Notes under the pieces: model-generated
Databases searched by the model: none
What the model was told of the DNA's origin: nothing
Seen by the model: only the letters and a program-made list of their open reading frames with translations
In this document: positions 28,677 through 38,761 of the stretch, piece by piece
Layout of the letters: each line of letters opens with the position of its first letter
Position numbering within the stretch: position 1 is the first letter of the stretch
Program-made: the position numbers and the translations under genes
From: Thermoplasmata archaeon
GTDB lineage: Archaea; Thermoplasmatota; Thermoplasmata; Sysuiplasmatales; Sysuiplasmataceae
Direction: 5' to 3'
Assembly: GCA_021806165.1 (NCBI GenBank)
Contig: JAJZXY010000001.1
Location: 12,836-76,835 of the forward strand
Length of the DNA: 64,000 nt

Positions 28677-30344
28677 ATGGCCGATGAAATAAACGTCCTC
28701 TACGTAGACGATGACGTTTACCTTCATGAGCCCTTCAAGATATTCCTGGAGCTCACCGGGGGCATGAGCGTTACCGCAGTTTCAAGCCCTCTGAAAGCGA
28801 TAAGCCTTCTGGATGGAACCGCGTATGATGCCATCGTATCCGACTACCAGATGCCTGAAATGGACGGCATAACATTCCTCAAGACAATCAAGGGAAGGGG
28901 AAACGACCTGCCTTTCGTCCTTTTCACCGGGAGGGGGAGGGAGGAGGTGGTGATTGAGGCGCTGAACGAGGGCGCTGATCACTATCTGCAGAAGGGCGGA
29001 GATCCGCAGTCTCAGTTTGCAATGCTTGTCCATATGCTGAGATTGAGCGTGGAGACACGAACGCAGAGGCAGGCGCTCAATGTACTGAGAAAGAGGCTTG
29101 AGTCGTTCATCAACAACACTTCGGACGCCATATCGATTTTCGACGCCGACGGGAAGGTCCTGACTGTCAATCCTGCATTCGAACGCATGTACGGATGGAC
29201 GGCCGGTGAACTCAGCGGGAACATGCCTCTCCAGATTCCGGGTGATGATGCCGACAGGGTCAGGCGCATAGCAGACCAGGTGGCCAGCACCAGGGAGGCT
29301 GCACACTATTCCAGCACCCGCCAGAGAAAGGACGGGAGCAGGATCGAGGCCGACATCACGCTGTCTGCCATCACCGATGACGAAGGGAGGGTGACCGGTT
29401 TCGCATCCATCTCCAAGGACATCACCGAACTTGTTGAAGTGATGAACGCGATAACAAGCATCAAGGAGGAGTTCAGGGTCATACTGGGCACGATTGGCGA
29501 TGCTGTCATCTCCACCGACGACAGGGGCATTGTGAGGTATCTCAATCCGACAGCCGAAAGGATGCTAGACATCACGCTCGACGAGGCAGTGGGGCAGGAT
29601 ATCAATAAAATTGTAAACCTTGTGAATGAGGGTTCGAGAAGGAAGGTTGAAATACCCTCGGAGAGGGTGATCAGGGATGGGCGCATGGCAGGCCTCGCCA
29701 ACCACGCGGTAATCATATCCGGTAGCGGAAAGGAGTTCTTTGTCTCCGACCTGGCAGCCCCGCTGAGGGATGAGGCGGGGAGACTGATGGGAACAGTTGT
29801 TGTATTCAGGGATATTACAAGCGAGAAGCTCTCCGAGAGGAGGGCATCAGCTATCAACTCCGCCACCAGGCTGCTGTTCCATGCCTCCGGTCTTAACGAG
29901 ACCATGAACAAGGTTCTCACTTCAATATGCACGGAACTGCGCTTCGATGCAGGCATCATCTGGGGCGTGGACATTTCCAGGGAGAGGCTGACCCTACTTG
30001 CAAGGTGGGCCTCTGGGACCATGAAATTCAACAATTCAGAGCATTACATAAGTGAGAAGGCATTCATGCCTGGAGAGGACCTTCCAGGCATGGTCTGGAG
30101 GGGTGCCAACACAATACTTCTGGCAGACACAGGCAATCAGGGGGATGACGGACTGGCGTCCCTGCTGCGCAGGGACGGCATCGCCTCGGTTTACGCCCTT
30201 CCCATATTCGACGAGGATGCTCTCGTGCGCGGAGTTCTTCTTCTCGCCGGCAGGCTGAAGAACGAGCTCGACTCCAGGACGCTCTCGACGCTCCATGACA
30301 TAGGCATCCTGGCCGGGCAGTTCATGGCACGCCACGAGAACTGA
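28677..30344 (+). CDS. response regulator receiver protein with PAS-PAS-GAF sensor domains (no kinase or DNA-binding output)
   Basis: The CheY-like REC domain (VLYVDDD..., phospho-Asp region VSDYQMPEMDG, LFTGRG) is followed by two PAS-like modules (TSDAISIFDADGKVLTVNPAFERMYGW; GDAVISTDDRGIVRYLNP) and a C-terminal GAF-like domain. Confidence 0.8.
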   Translation: MADEINVLYVDDDVYLHEPFKIFLELTGGMSVTAVSSPLKAISLLDGTAYDAIVSDYQMPEMDGITFLKTIKGRGNDLPFVLFTGRGREEVVIEALNEGADHYLQKGGDPQSQFAMLVHMLRLSVETRTQRQALNVLRKRLESFINNTSDAISIFDADGKVLTVNPAFERMYGWTAGELSGNMPLQIPGDDADRVRRIADQVASTREAAHYSSTRQRKDGSRIEADITLSAITDDEGRVTGFASISKDITELVEVMNAITSIKEEFRVILGTIGDAVISTDDRGIVRYLNPTAERMLDITLDEAVGQDINKIVNLVNEGSRRKVEIPSERVIRDGRMAGLANHAVIISGSGKEFFVSDLAAPLRDEAGRLMGTVVVFRDITSEKLSERRASAINSATRLLFHASGLNETMNKVLTSICTELRFDAGIIWGVDISRERLTLLARWASGTMKFNNSEHYISEKAFMPGEDLPGMVWRGANTILLADTGNQGDDGLASLLRRDGIASVYALPIFDEDALVRGVLLLAGRLKNELDSRTLSTLHDIGILAGQFMARHEN

Positions 30345-30686
30345 AAAACTCTCCCGCCCGCTCGCGTCGATGGGATAGAGGAGGGCATCTTCCATGCTGG
30401 CTGAAGTGAACCTGAGGTCTGTATCAGGCATGAATGCCTGCGATCCTGCCTCATTCTATGCACCCGGTTCCGATCCTATGGATGTGAACCGGCCATATGC
30501 TCCATCCCCGGGACTGCATTGTGTTCAGCGACATCCCACTCCTACAGTTCGGTCTTATGGCCGAAAACACGCGCGACACACGTTCTACGGGGAGCAGCTC
30601 AGTAAGGCCGCTGCCGCACCAGCCTGAATTTCAGGCCGCACAGCGGATAAATAGCCGCACCCCCTTCGCGTGGACGTGGTCTGAAA

Positions 30687-30983
30687 ATGCACTATCTCGT
30701 CTTCTACAACTTTGTTGACGGCTATCTTGAAAAGCGCGGCCCCTTCAGAAGAGCGCATCTTGAGATGGTCAGGGAATACGCCGACAATGGTTCACTCCTC
30801 CTTGCAGGAGCTCTAGCAGACCCCGCAGACAGCGCTGTCCTGGTCTTCAGGGGGCCGACGGAGGAGTCTGCAGAGTCGTTCGTGAAGAATGATCCGTACG
30901 TTATCAACGGTCTGGTGACTTCTTGGCATATGCGCAAGTGGATGACAGTGGTGGGTGACGGCGCTCCCTTCCCGAGCCTCTGA
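30687..30983 (+). CDS. YciI-like protein
   Basis: It is 98 aa, and MHYLVFYNF...RRAHLEM...LLLAGALADP matches the YciI/Dabb-fold family pattern. Confidence 0.6.
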   Translation: MHYLVFYNFVDGYLEKRGPFRRAHLEMVREYADNGSLLLAGALADPADSAVLVFRGPTEESAESFVKNDPYVINGLVTSWHMRKWMTVVGDGAPFPSL

Positions 30984-31099
30984 TTTATTCAGATATCTGT
31001 GCCCCCTCCAGTGCAAACCATGCAATGGTGCAGAACAGGGCCGCATAGTGTGCAGCGACTCCCGGAGACTCCAGGCTGGCATTCAGCAGTGGGGATGTG

Positions 31100-31960
31100 T
31101 ACAGCTCAGCTGTTGCGTGTATCCCCGGGGGTTATGTTCCCTATCTTGTAGAATTTCACCGCGGACGAGGGATGTACGATGCTCTGGACAACAGGTGCAC
31201 CAGGGCTCTCTGTACCTGTCGATACAGGGAGGCCCGAAACCAGGGGGTTCCCCGCGCCTGCCCCCGCTATGCAGCCCGACTGGCCTTTGCCCGGGAGCAG
31301 CGAAAGCACTCGGGACTGGCCGAAGAAGAGTGAAACAACGGACGAGACTGCGTCATCGCTATGCACACCACAAAGGCGCCGCGGGGGCCGCTATCAGCTA
31401 ACTCCTGGCGGCAGAGCCTATTGCAAGGACGACAGAGACCCACACGGCAGTGCTCATAAGGCGCCTGCAAGGAGCGCAGGCGTAAGGTAGAGCCTCTCGT
31501 GCGGGCCGTATGTCATCGTCCCTCCTACTACATCAGCCAGTATCAGCACCGTGTAAGCAGGCACTAGCGTAATCAGCGCAGCTGAAAGCTTTGCGAGGAA
31601 GACCTCGGTCCCGGAAACTGGCTTTGTCAGGAGGGACACTATGCTTCCGCTCTCAAACTCGCCTGAAATGCTGTTCATGACAGCGACAGGAGCAAAGAAG
31701 AAAAAGAAGAGGGACAGGTTCGCCGAGTTTATCACGTGGTCCGGGCTCGCTGCCACCGCCCCCGAACGTAGTTTGAAAGGATGGGTGTCAGCGCCAGCAG
31801 GAGTATGCTCAGCCCCAGAGCTGCCAGCAGCATTGCAAGGAACTTTTTCTTCCTCAGGTTCCAGAGCAGCCCGTACCTGAAAACAGTGCCCACGCGCATC
31901 GGCATGCCGCCTGAATGCACCTCCGCCCGGGCGGTCAACGGTCATTCCCCCTTCCCGCAC
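31100..31960 (-). pseudogene. ABC-2 type transporter permease gene, fragmented across frames
   Basis: The N-terminal piece MRVGTVFRYGLLWNLRKKKFLAMLLAALGLSILLLALTPIL is in one frame. The conserved block NSISGEFESGSIVSLLTKPVSGTEVFLAKLSAALITLVPAYTVLILADVVGG is in another frame and is preceded by non-homologous read-through. A poly-purine/T-run (FFFFF, about 31690-31712) lies at the junction. Confidence 0.4.
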
Positions 31961-31986
31961 CCCCGACGAGCCTTACGAATATGCCT

Positions 31987-32687
31987 TCAGGCCCACTGCC
32001 CCTCGTGTTCATTCCCAGTATCAAGCCTCCATGGCCCGTGATTTCCCTGGAGGCGATTGGCCTGATGTCTTCGCTGGCGCATGGTGGCATGGCCGCACAC
32101 CTGCTCCACCTCGTTGAGAAGGTGCGATGACATGTATATTGTCATACCCTCGCGGGCCATCCCTTTCACAAGGTCCCTGACCTCCACCATGCCGGTAGTG
32201 TCAGGCCCCTGGCTCGTTTCGTCAAGTATTACCGTCTCAGGATCATTCAGAAGGGCCTGCGCAATGGCGAGCCTCTGCTGCATCCCCCTGCTCTATTTCC
32301 CGATCAGCTCCCGCTCCCTGCCTGCAAGACCAACCATCCGCAGGAGTTCAGGTATCTGCTCCTTTCTCTGCCCCCCACTCATACCGCAGATCCTGCCATA
32401 AATGTCAAGGATTCGTATGCCTTCAGATGCTTTGGAAACTTTGGCAGCTCAGGCATGTAACCCACCCTGAGCCTTGTTTATGGCCTGTCAACGCCAGCAT
32501 CCATTCCCAGCATCACGACCGTCCCGCCATCGGCCCGGAGCAGCCCGACAAGCACCTTGATAGTGGTAGTCTTCCCCGCCTGGTTGGGTCCGAGGAAGCT
32601 GTGCTCAGTTCCCCTCTAGACCGTGATACTCAGACTGTCAACCGAGGTCAGGCTGCCGTACCTCTTGGTCAGATTCCTGACTTCCAT
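31987..32687 (-). pseudogene. ABC transporter ATP-binding protein gene with multiple in-frame stops and a 3' frameshift
   Basis: The minus-strand translation is MEVRNLTKRYGSLTSVDSLSITV*RGTEHSFLGPNQAGKTTTIKVLVGLLRADGGTVVMLGMDAGVDRP*TRLRVGYMPELPKF...GSAV*...SGGMQQRLAIAQALLNDPETVILDE...SSHLLNEVEQVC. At least four stops (TAG, TAA, TGA, TGA) interrupt an otherwise collinear ABC ATPase. The Walker A is degenerate (GPNQAGKT). Confidence 0.6.
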
Positions 32688-32797
32688 GGCGTAATCCATT
32701 ATGACATGACAAACGGTTTTTACGATGCGGTGTGCGGATTAACGTTGGGTCTATACTCCCCTCATCCCGGCACGGGGGGCGTGTGTGGTGCAGGCAG

Positions 32798-33886
32798 TCA
32801 GATGCTTGTGAACTTCCTGGGCCCCGATGAAAAGTCGAACGCCTCAAGCAGTGGGTTGGCAGCCGCATCCCTGCCGGTCAGCGGTGTGAGGCCGTACCTG
32901 CTTTCTATGAACCTGAGTATGGACGTGTGGTCATTCACTGTGCTGTCCACCATTCCCTTCCTTGCATACGGGGATATGACAAGGCATGGAACCCTGAACC
33001 CGTAACCGTATTCATCCACCCGGGGTGGAGGGACATGGTCGTAGAAGCCGCCATAATCATCCCACGTCACAAATATTGCACACCTGTCCCAGTAGGGGCT
33101 GGCGCCCACGCTGTTTACTATGCTGTCCGCAACAGAGTCCTGCCCTTCGGCAACGTTCTTTGGGGGGTGCTCGTCCCCTCCAGGGGCACCGATCACCCAT
33201 GACACCTGCGGCAGCCTGCCGGCCGCCACATCCTTTGCAAATTCCTGGGCGGGGGCGAATCTGCCGCGAAGGCCAGCCTTCCTGATGTAGGAGAAGCTCT
33301 CGTACCATTTCGTAAAGCCGTATACCTTCCACGTTATGCCGGAGCTGTCAAGCTGTTCGAAAACAGGAGGGAAATCAATGACTTCGGGAACATTGTCGTC
33401 TTTCAGCCCTCCCGCAGTTCCTGCGACAAGGTAGAGGTGGTTCGGGGCGCTTTCGCTCATCACCGATGTGAAATACCTGTCGCACAGGACATATTCGCGC
33501 GCGGCGGCCCAGTAGCGCGGCAGGTCGGTGCCGTCAAAATAGCACATAGTCTGCGCGCTTCCCTCTGAGTAGATGAAACCGTCCATCCTGCCGCCGTCAT
33601 AGTCGGCGTGGGCGGCATTCCAGTTGTGGCTCATGTCCCTCGGCGTCAGCGTGCTGCTGTGGAAGGGTGCCCCGCACTCCGCCGATCCCTTTGCCAGGGG
33701 CAGGCATATGCTGCCGGATAATCCGTCCGCGCCGGGAAAGGCGCCGAAATAGTTGTCGAATGTATGGTTCTCCTGCAGCACCACGACTGTCCTGTCGATG
33801 TGTGACTGCCCGTCTGCGGCCGCCGAAGCCGCTGAATTCACAGCCGCCCTTCCCCCGGCAGAAACCCTCCCGGATGCGGAAGCCAT
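32798..33886 (-). CDS. phosphoesterase family protein (phospholipase C / acid phosphatase AcpA family)
   Basis: [15 protein letters not shown] is the hallmark N-terminal motif of the PLC/AcpA phosphoesterase family. An Ala/Ser-rich signal-like N-terminus is present. Confidence 0.7.
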   Translation of the reverse strand: MASASGRVSAGGRAAVNSAASAAADGQSHIDRTVVVLQENHTFDNYFGAFPGADGLSGSICLPLAKGSAECGAPFHSSTLTPRDMSHNWNAAHADYDGGRMDGFIYSEGSAQTMCYFDGTDLPRYWAAAREYVLCDRYFTSVMSESAPNHLYLVAGTAGGLKDDNVPEVIDFPPVFEQLDSSGITWKVYGFTKWYESFSYIRKAGLRGRFAPAQEFAKDVAAGRLPQVSWVIGAPGGDEHPPKNVAEGQDSVADSIVNSVGASPYWDRCAIFVTWDDYGGFYDHVPPPRVDEYGYGFRVPCLVISPYARKGMVDSTVNDHTSILRFIESRYGLTPLTGRDAAANPLLEAFDFSSGPRKFTSI

Positions 33887-33931
33887 CCCACTGATATTGG
33901 TCGGGCTGCCTATATTATATCATCGTCTTCC

Positions 33932-35050
33932 GTGTCACAGGAAATGGTGCGGGCATTCGGAGCAGCCTTCCTCTTCTCCAACAGCGCTGCCATCCTGACC
34001 TACGCCTTCTCTTCAAACGAAAGGAGCATGGCTTTTGGCATAAACCAGGTGTCAACTGTTGTCGGATGGGTTACAGGCCTGATCCTCGGCGGCTTCCTAA
34101 CAACCCTTCTTGGATGGCGTTCCATATTCTGGGTCAACATACTGATAGGCATATTCGCCACAGTCTGGTCCCACTACAGGCTCAGGGAGATGGCCGAGCT
34201 CGAAGGCAGGTCCGGAATAGATTTCAGCGGCAACATAGCATTCGCAGGCAGCCTGTCCCTGCGGCTCCTTGGTGTCACAGCCTATTCCCTTGGCGCCCTC
34301 GCAGCAGAAACATCCTCCATAATGATGACAGGAGGGGGCGCCATGCTCCTTCTCTTCTTCCTGCTTGAAAAGAGGGTGAAGCACCCCATGTTTAACCTTA
34401 CACTGTTCAGGATAGGGCTGCTCATGGCAGGCAATCTTGCAATCTTCCTCAATGCGCTCTCGCGCGGCGCAGTCACCCTCGCGCTCGCCTTCTAACTGCA
34501 GGGGCCAAGCATGAGACTGGGCCCTTTGCAGGCAGGCATATTCCTGATACCCATCTCCGCGTCACTTGTCGCCTTCGGACCTGTGAGCGGCATACTATCG
34601 GACCGTTTCGGCGCAAGGTGGATTTCCACCGTCTGCCCTGTTGTCTCATCCGCCGGTTTCCTCGACCTGACACTGACCCTGGGAAGGACCATAACGTTCC
34701 CGGCCATTTCGCCGGCACTGGAGCTTGTCGGCAGCGGCACGGGCATATTCGCATCCCCGAACAGGTCATCCATCATGAATTCCGTCCCGGCCATCAGGCG
34801 CGGCATCGCGTCGGGAGTCAGCACAGCGCTGTTCAATGTGGGCATGACGTCCATCATGGGCCCTGCATTCCTCATAATGACAAGGACCACGCCGCTTCCC
34901 GTGCTTGAGCAGATATTCGTGAGTGCAACCCCCTCAGGCAGCTTCTCCTTCCTGGATTTCATCAATTCCATCGACCTTGTGCTCTATCAGTCAACTGCCT
35001 TCCTGCTGGTGGCAATCATCCCGTCCATCCTGAGGGATAGGGGGAGGTAA
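33932..35050 (+). pseudogene. MFS transporter (DHA2/EmrB-like) gene, 5'-truncated and interrupted by one in-frame TAA
   Basis: Translation begins inside the transporter (GWRSIFWVNILIG is the TM5 region), so TM1-4 are absent; the convergent phosphoesterase gene ends only 45 bp upstream. A TAA at 34493-34495 splits ...TLALAF*LQGPSMRLGPLQAGIFLIP... within a single reading frame. Confidence 0.6.
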
Positions 35051-35100
35051 GGGAGACGCGCACAGGCGCAAGGTCCGGCAATGTTCACTGAGGGCCGGTA

Positions 35101-35565
35101 TCACTTGAATGAGAATGAGATGCTGAAGCCGATTCCGGCAGGGAGACCTGCTGAGACGCTGATGCTCCAGCCGTCAAGCTGCAGGGGGCCGGCAAACAGC
35201 TCAATGTCCTCTAGCAGCCTCCCGAGCATCCAGTCGAATGCATTCTTCAGCGTCCTGTGCTCCCTGAGCTTCCTGTCCCTCATGTACGACTGGAACTCGC
35301 TGAGTCTCGATCCTATGGCCGCCGATGCGCGGACCATGGCCGTCCTCCCCTCCCCCACGGCTCTCCTGCCCGCATCCTGGACCTTCATCCCCTCCACGCT
35401 CCTCGCCATGAGGTCCTCGAAGTCCCTCAGCTCCGCAGCCGCCGCGTCAAGGACCGCCCTGAGCGACCTGTGGTCCATGAAGCTCAGCAGAGAGGTGTCC
35501 CTCAACCTGTCAAGCGCCTCGGCTATCCCCTCATACGAACGGTCCGGGTCAGGACTGCCTTCCAT
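35101..35565 (-). CDS. hypothetical protein
   Basis: The 154-aa ORF has a charged helical N-region and a hydrophobic C-terminal tail (GWSISVSAGLPAGIGFSISFSFK). No family was recognised. Confidence 0.3.
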   Translation of the reverse strand: MEGSPDPDRSYEGIAEALDRLRDTSLLSFMDHRSLRAVLDAAAAELRDFEDLMARSVEGMKVQDAGRRAVGEGRTAMVRASAAIGSRLSEFQSYMRDRKLREHRTLKNAFDWMLGRLLEDIELFAGPLQLDGWSISVSAGLPAGIGFSISFSFK

Positions 35566-35682
35566 CCTGCATCATAATCCCGGCGGCAGGCTGGAATCGG
35601 CCGCTCACCGCCGCTTCAGCTGAAGCATAGCGCCTGCGCCGTATATAGAAAATCTCTTATCGTAACAGGACATCGCACGGCC

Positions 35683-36819
35683 ATGGCAGCCATAGTTTCC
35701 GCCGGATTTGCCAGATTCGGCAAGCGGAAGGACAGTATTATGGACATAGCGGCCGAGTCCGCGATGCCCGTTGTCCGCAGTCACAGGGACGAAATTGATT
35801 TTGCGCTTGTGTCGAACTGCTATTCGGGGGAATTCAACGGCATTTCGGGCATAAACAATCTTCTCACGACATACCTCTCAATGGATGCGGTTCCATCGAT
35901 ACGCATTGACAACACCAGCGGGAGCGGCGGTGCGGCGCTATTCACAGCCGTCTCTCTCGTCGAGTCGGGCAGGGCACGCTGCGTGCTGCTGACAGGCGTG
36001 GAGAAGATGTCGGAGCGCCCGACGAAAGAGGTCACCAGGATAATCTCGTCCCTGCTGGGTGACAGGGAGAAGGCAGCGGGCCCCTCCCTTCCCTCCTTTG
36101 CAGGCCTCCTGACAACCCTTTACATGCGCGAATTCGCAGCCACGAGGGAATCCATAGCGCAGGTCGCAGTCAAGAACCACAGGAACGGAGCTCTCAACCC
36201 GAATGCACACATACAGAAGGTGCTGACGCTGGAGCAGGTGCTCCAGTCAAATGTAATCATTGACCCTCTCCGCCTCTTTGAGATCAGCCCGATAAGCGAC
36301 GGCGCAGTATCGCTTCTTGTCGTCCCGGACCCGGAGGCACCAAGCTTCACCGACAAACCTGTCCATGTGAAGGGGATAGGAATGTCTTCAGAGAGCTCCC
36401 ACCTTACAGCGCGCGAAACGCTGACAGATATGCCTTCCGTGAGGCGGGCCGGCGAAATTGCCAGGCGGGAATCCGGCATTGACAGGCCCGACCTCGCTGA
36501 ACTGCACGACATGGCGACTGTGCTGGAAATAGTCGAGATGGAGTCGCTGGGCTTCTACCCCAGGGGCGAAGGATGGAAGGCGGTCTTGGAGGGGAAGACC
36601 GAAATAGGCGGGGAGCTGCCTGTGAACACCAGCGGCGGACTCAATTCCAAGGGCCACCCGATAGGTGCAAGCGGCGTTGCGCAGGCTGCCGAAGTGTACC
36701 TGCAGCTGACCGGCGGCGCCGGCGGGCGCCAGGTCAGGGACGCGCGCACCGGCATGGCTGTGAGCATGGCAGGCTTCGGCAATTCAGCCACAGCGGCAAT
36801 GATGGGGTTGGAGAAATGA
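35683..36819 (+). CDS. thiolase-like protein (archaeal acetyl-CoA C-acetyltransferase / SCP-x-type thiolase)
   Basis: The thiolase fold (VLLTGVEKMS, C-terminal GHPIGASGVAQAAEVYLQLTGGAG, NTSGGLNSKG) is present and the gene is followed by a DUF35-type partner. Confidence 0.75.
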   Translation: MAAIVSAGFARFGKRKDSIMDIAAESAMPVVRSHRDEIDFALVSNCYSGEFNGISGINNLLTTYLSMDAVPSIRIDNTSGSGGAALFTAVSLVESGRARCVLLTGVEKMSERPTKEVTRIISSLLGDREKAAGPSLPSFAGLLTTLYMREFAATRESIAQVAVKNHRNGALNPNAHIQKVLTLEQVLQSNVIIDPLRLFEISPISDGAVSLLVVPDPEAPSFTDKPVHVKGIGMSSESSHLTARETLTDMPSVRRAGEIARRESGIDRPDLAELHDMATVLEIVEMESLGFYPRGEGWKAVLEGKTEIGGELPVNTSGGLNSKGHPIGASGVAQAAEVYLQLTGGAGGRQVRDARTGMAVSMAGFGNSATAAMMGLEK

Positions 36820-37034
36820 ACGTTTTCAGATGCACAGGTTGCGGCGCGGAGCTGTTCGAACGCAGGGCCTCATGCCCCTCATGCTTCGGTGAATCATTCG
36901 AAGAGGTCGATGCTGGAGAGCCGGAGGCGATCGTCTCCTCCCGCCTCACCGTGACCCCCGAGGGATTTGCCGATTCATACGACCTGTTCATAGGGAAGCT
37001 CGGGAAGGCCAGGGCGATATACAGGAAGGAGTAG
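36816..37034 (+). CDS. DUF35-like zinc-ribbon protein (thiolase partner), short form lacking the OB-fold
   Basis: MNVFRCTGCGAELFERRASCPSCFG has a C4 zinc ribbon and the start overlaps the thiolase stop (ATGA). It is only 72 aa, whereas DUF35 proteins are usually about 130 aa. Confidence 0.45.
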   Translation: MNVFRCTGCGAELFERRASCPSCFGESFEEVDAGEPEAIVSSRLTVTPEGFADSYDLFIGKLGKARAIYRKE

Positions 37035-37041
37035 GGGCAGC

Positions 37042-38706
37042 TCATCCTGTCCCGGAGGGCAGCCCTTCCAGGTATCGTTCCGCAGCCTCGCGCCCGGATA
37101 CCATTGCAGCCAGCAGGTCGTACTGCCTTCCCTCCATTATTGAAACATCTGGCGTACCTTCAGGCTGCCCGAACCTGACACCTGCCTCCTCAGCCATCTT
37201 CATGTATGCTGCAGCCCGGGCCCTGTCCAGGCTGCGCAGGCTCCCCTCCGTCATCAGGACGCTTCCCCCGGCCGCAGCTTGGAGAGCATCATCATGGTGC
37301 CTGTAGATGCACGAATCCACGCACAGGCCCCAGCCCATCGGCAGCGGGGGATATTCCCTGTCGGGGAGGCAGTACAGGCCCTTCCCTTCGTACCTGCTCC
37401 CGAGCTCCACCTTCACGCCAAGCCGGTCAAGCTCCTCCCTGTAGTATTCGATGAGCCTGGAAAACTCAGCCTTCTTTGGCAGATCAGTGATGTCAAGGAG
37501 CTGCCCGCCTATGCCGTCCCTGATGTCATGGATGGTTACGCTGAGCCCTGCCTTCGCGGCAGCTATCGCAGCCTCCATGCCCTTGACTCCCGCCCCGGCG
37601 ATATGCACGCTCCCCTCGGCCGCTGGTACACTGCGTGTGACCGCCTCAGGCCCGGTTTCGGGGTTGACAGTGCACCTCACCTCTCCAAAACTTATGTCCC
37701 GGCAGGCCTGGTTGCACCTGATGCAGGGCCGCAGCGGTCCGGCTTCACCAGTGACCTTCGCCGCGAAACTAGGGTCTGCGAGCATCCCCCTGCCCACGGC
37801 AACGAAATCCGCCTTCTCAAGCACCGCCTCCGCCTCCTCCCTGCTTGTGACCGAGCCTACCACCATGCTCCTGACAGACGGCCTGCGCGGAAGCCTGGCT
37901 GCTATGTGCGTCCTTGCCCCGTAGAATGATATGGATGAGCCCGGAGGTGCAAACCTTCCGGCCGAGAAATGGACGTAGTCGACACCCCTAAGGGCCTCGG
38001 CAACCGCGAGGCCGTACTCTGGCCCGTATCCCCCCGCATCATCCTCGTACAGGCTGAGCCTTATTCCAAGGACGCCGTCGACCTCCTCCCTGACCGCATC
38101 TATAACCTCCTGCGCGAAGCGGAGCCTCCCCTCCATACTGCCGCCGTAGCGGTCTGTCCTCCTGTTGAGCGCCGGTGAAAGGAATTCCTGAATCAGGTAG
38201 CCGTGTGCGCCGTGGAGTTCCACGCCGTCGAAATTGGCAAGCATCGCCCTCCCGGATGCGCTGGCAAAGCCCGCCACCACCGAGTCGATATCCTCCGCTG
38301 TCATCTCCGTCGGCGTCCTTCCCATGTAGTCGACGGCGGACGGTGCAAAGGGCTCCCTCTCCCCTCCGCCAAGCGCCTTTCCTCCAGCGTGTACCAGCTG
38401 GGTGAATATGTGCGCTCCGTGCCTGTGCACTCTTTCAGTGAGTCTCCTCAGCCTGGGCACGAGGTCGTCGCTGTACATTCCCATCTGGTTCCTCGAGCCG
38501 CGCGAGTTGACCCTGTCTATGCAGGTGTATTCAGTGATGACCAGTGCAGCACCCCCTTTCGCCCTGGCCTCCAGGTATGCAATGTGGTTCTCTCCCGTGC
38601 TTCCGTCCTGGTTGCACAGGTTGGAAATCATGGGCGCCATTACCACCCTGTTCTTCAGTGTGAGTCCGCCTATTTCCCCGGGGGTGGACAGTGATATTCT
38701 CTGCAT
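37042..38706 (-). CDS. Old Yellow Enzyme-family FMN oxidoreductase fused to FAD/NAD(P)-binding domain (2,4-dienoyl-CoA reductase / NADH oxidase-like)
   Basis: The OYE TIM-barrel N-terminus is MQRISLSTPGEIGGLTLKNRVVMAPM...LHGAHGYLIQEFLSP...RTDRYGG. It has a Cys cluster (RCNQAC...C) and a C-terminal GAGVKG Rossmann. The start is set at M23 of the track ORF. Confidence 0.75.
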   Translation of the reverse strand: MQRISLSTPGEIGGLTLKNRVVMAPMISNLCNQDGSTGENHIAYLEARAKGGAALVITEYTCIDRVNSRGSRNQMGMYSDDLVPRLRRLTERVHRHGAHIFTQLVHAGGKALGGGEREPFAPSAVDYMGRTPTEMTAEDIDSVVAGFASASGRAMLANFDGVELHGAHGYLIQEFLSPALNRRTDRYGGSMEGRLRFAQEVIDAVREEVDGVLGIRLSLYEDDAGGYGPEYGLAVAEALRGVDYVHFSAGRFAPPGSSISFYGARTHIAARLPRRPSVRSMVVGSVTSREEAEAVLEKADFVAVGRGMLADPSFAAKVTGEAGPLRPCIRCNQACRDISFGEVRCTVNPETGPEAVTRSVPAAEGSVHIAGAGVKGMEAAIAAAKAGLSVTIHDIRDGIGGQLLDITDLPKKAEFSRLIEYYREELDRLGVKVELGSRYEGKGLYCLPDREYPPLPMGWGLCVDSCIYRHHDDALQAAAGGSVLMTEGSLRSLDRARAAAYMKMAEEAGVRFGQPEGTPDVSIMEGRQYDLLAAMVSGREAAERYLEGLPSGTG

Positions 38707-38761
38707 CGGAAGAGGACAATCCCAATTCTTATCTGAACTTTTTGACACGCGCCACAGTGCC

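Noticed and set aside
36573-37034. The 153-aa track ORF 36573..37034 as the DUF35 gene
   Set aside because: Its first about 80 aa (Arg/Gly-rich) overlap the thiolase 3' end out of frame. The conserved zinc-ribbon protein begins at the ATG at 36816, which overlaps the thiolase stop.
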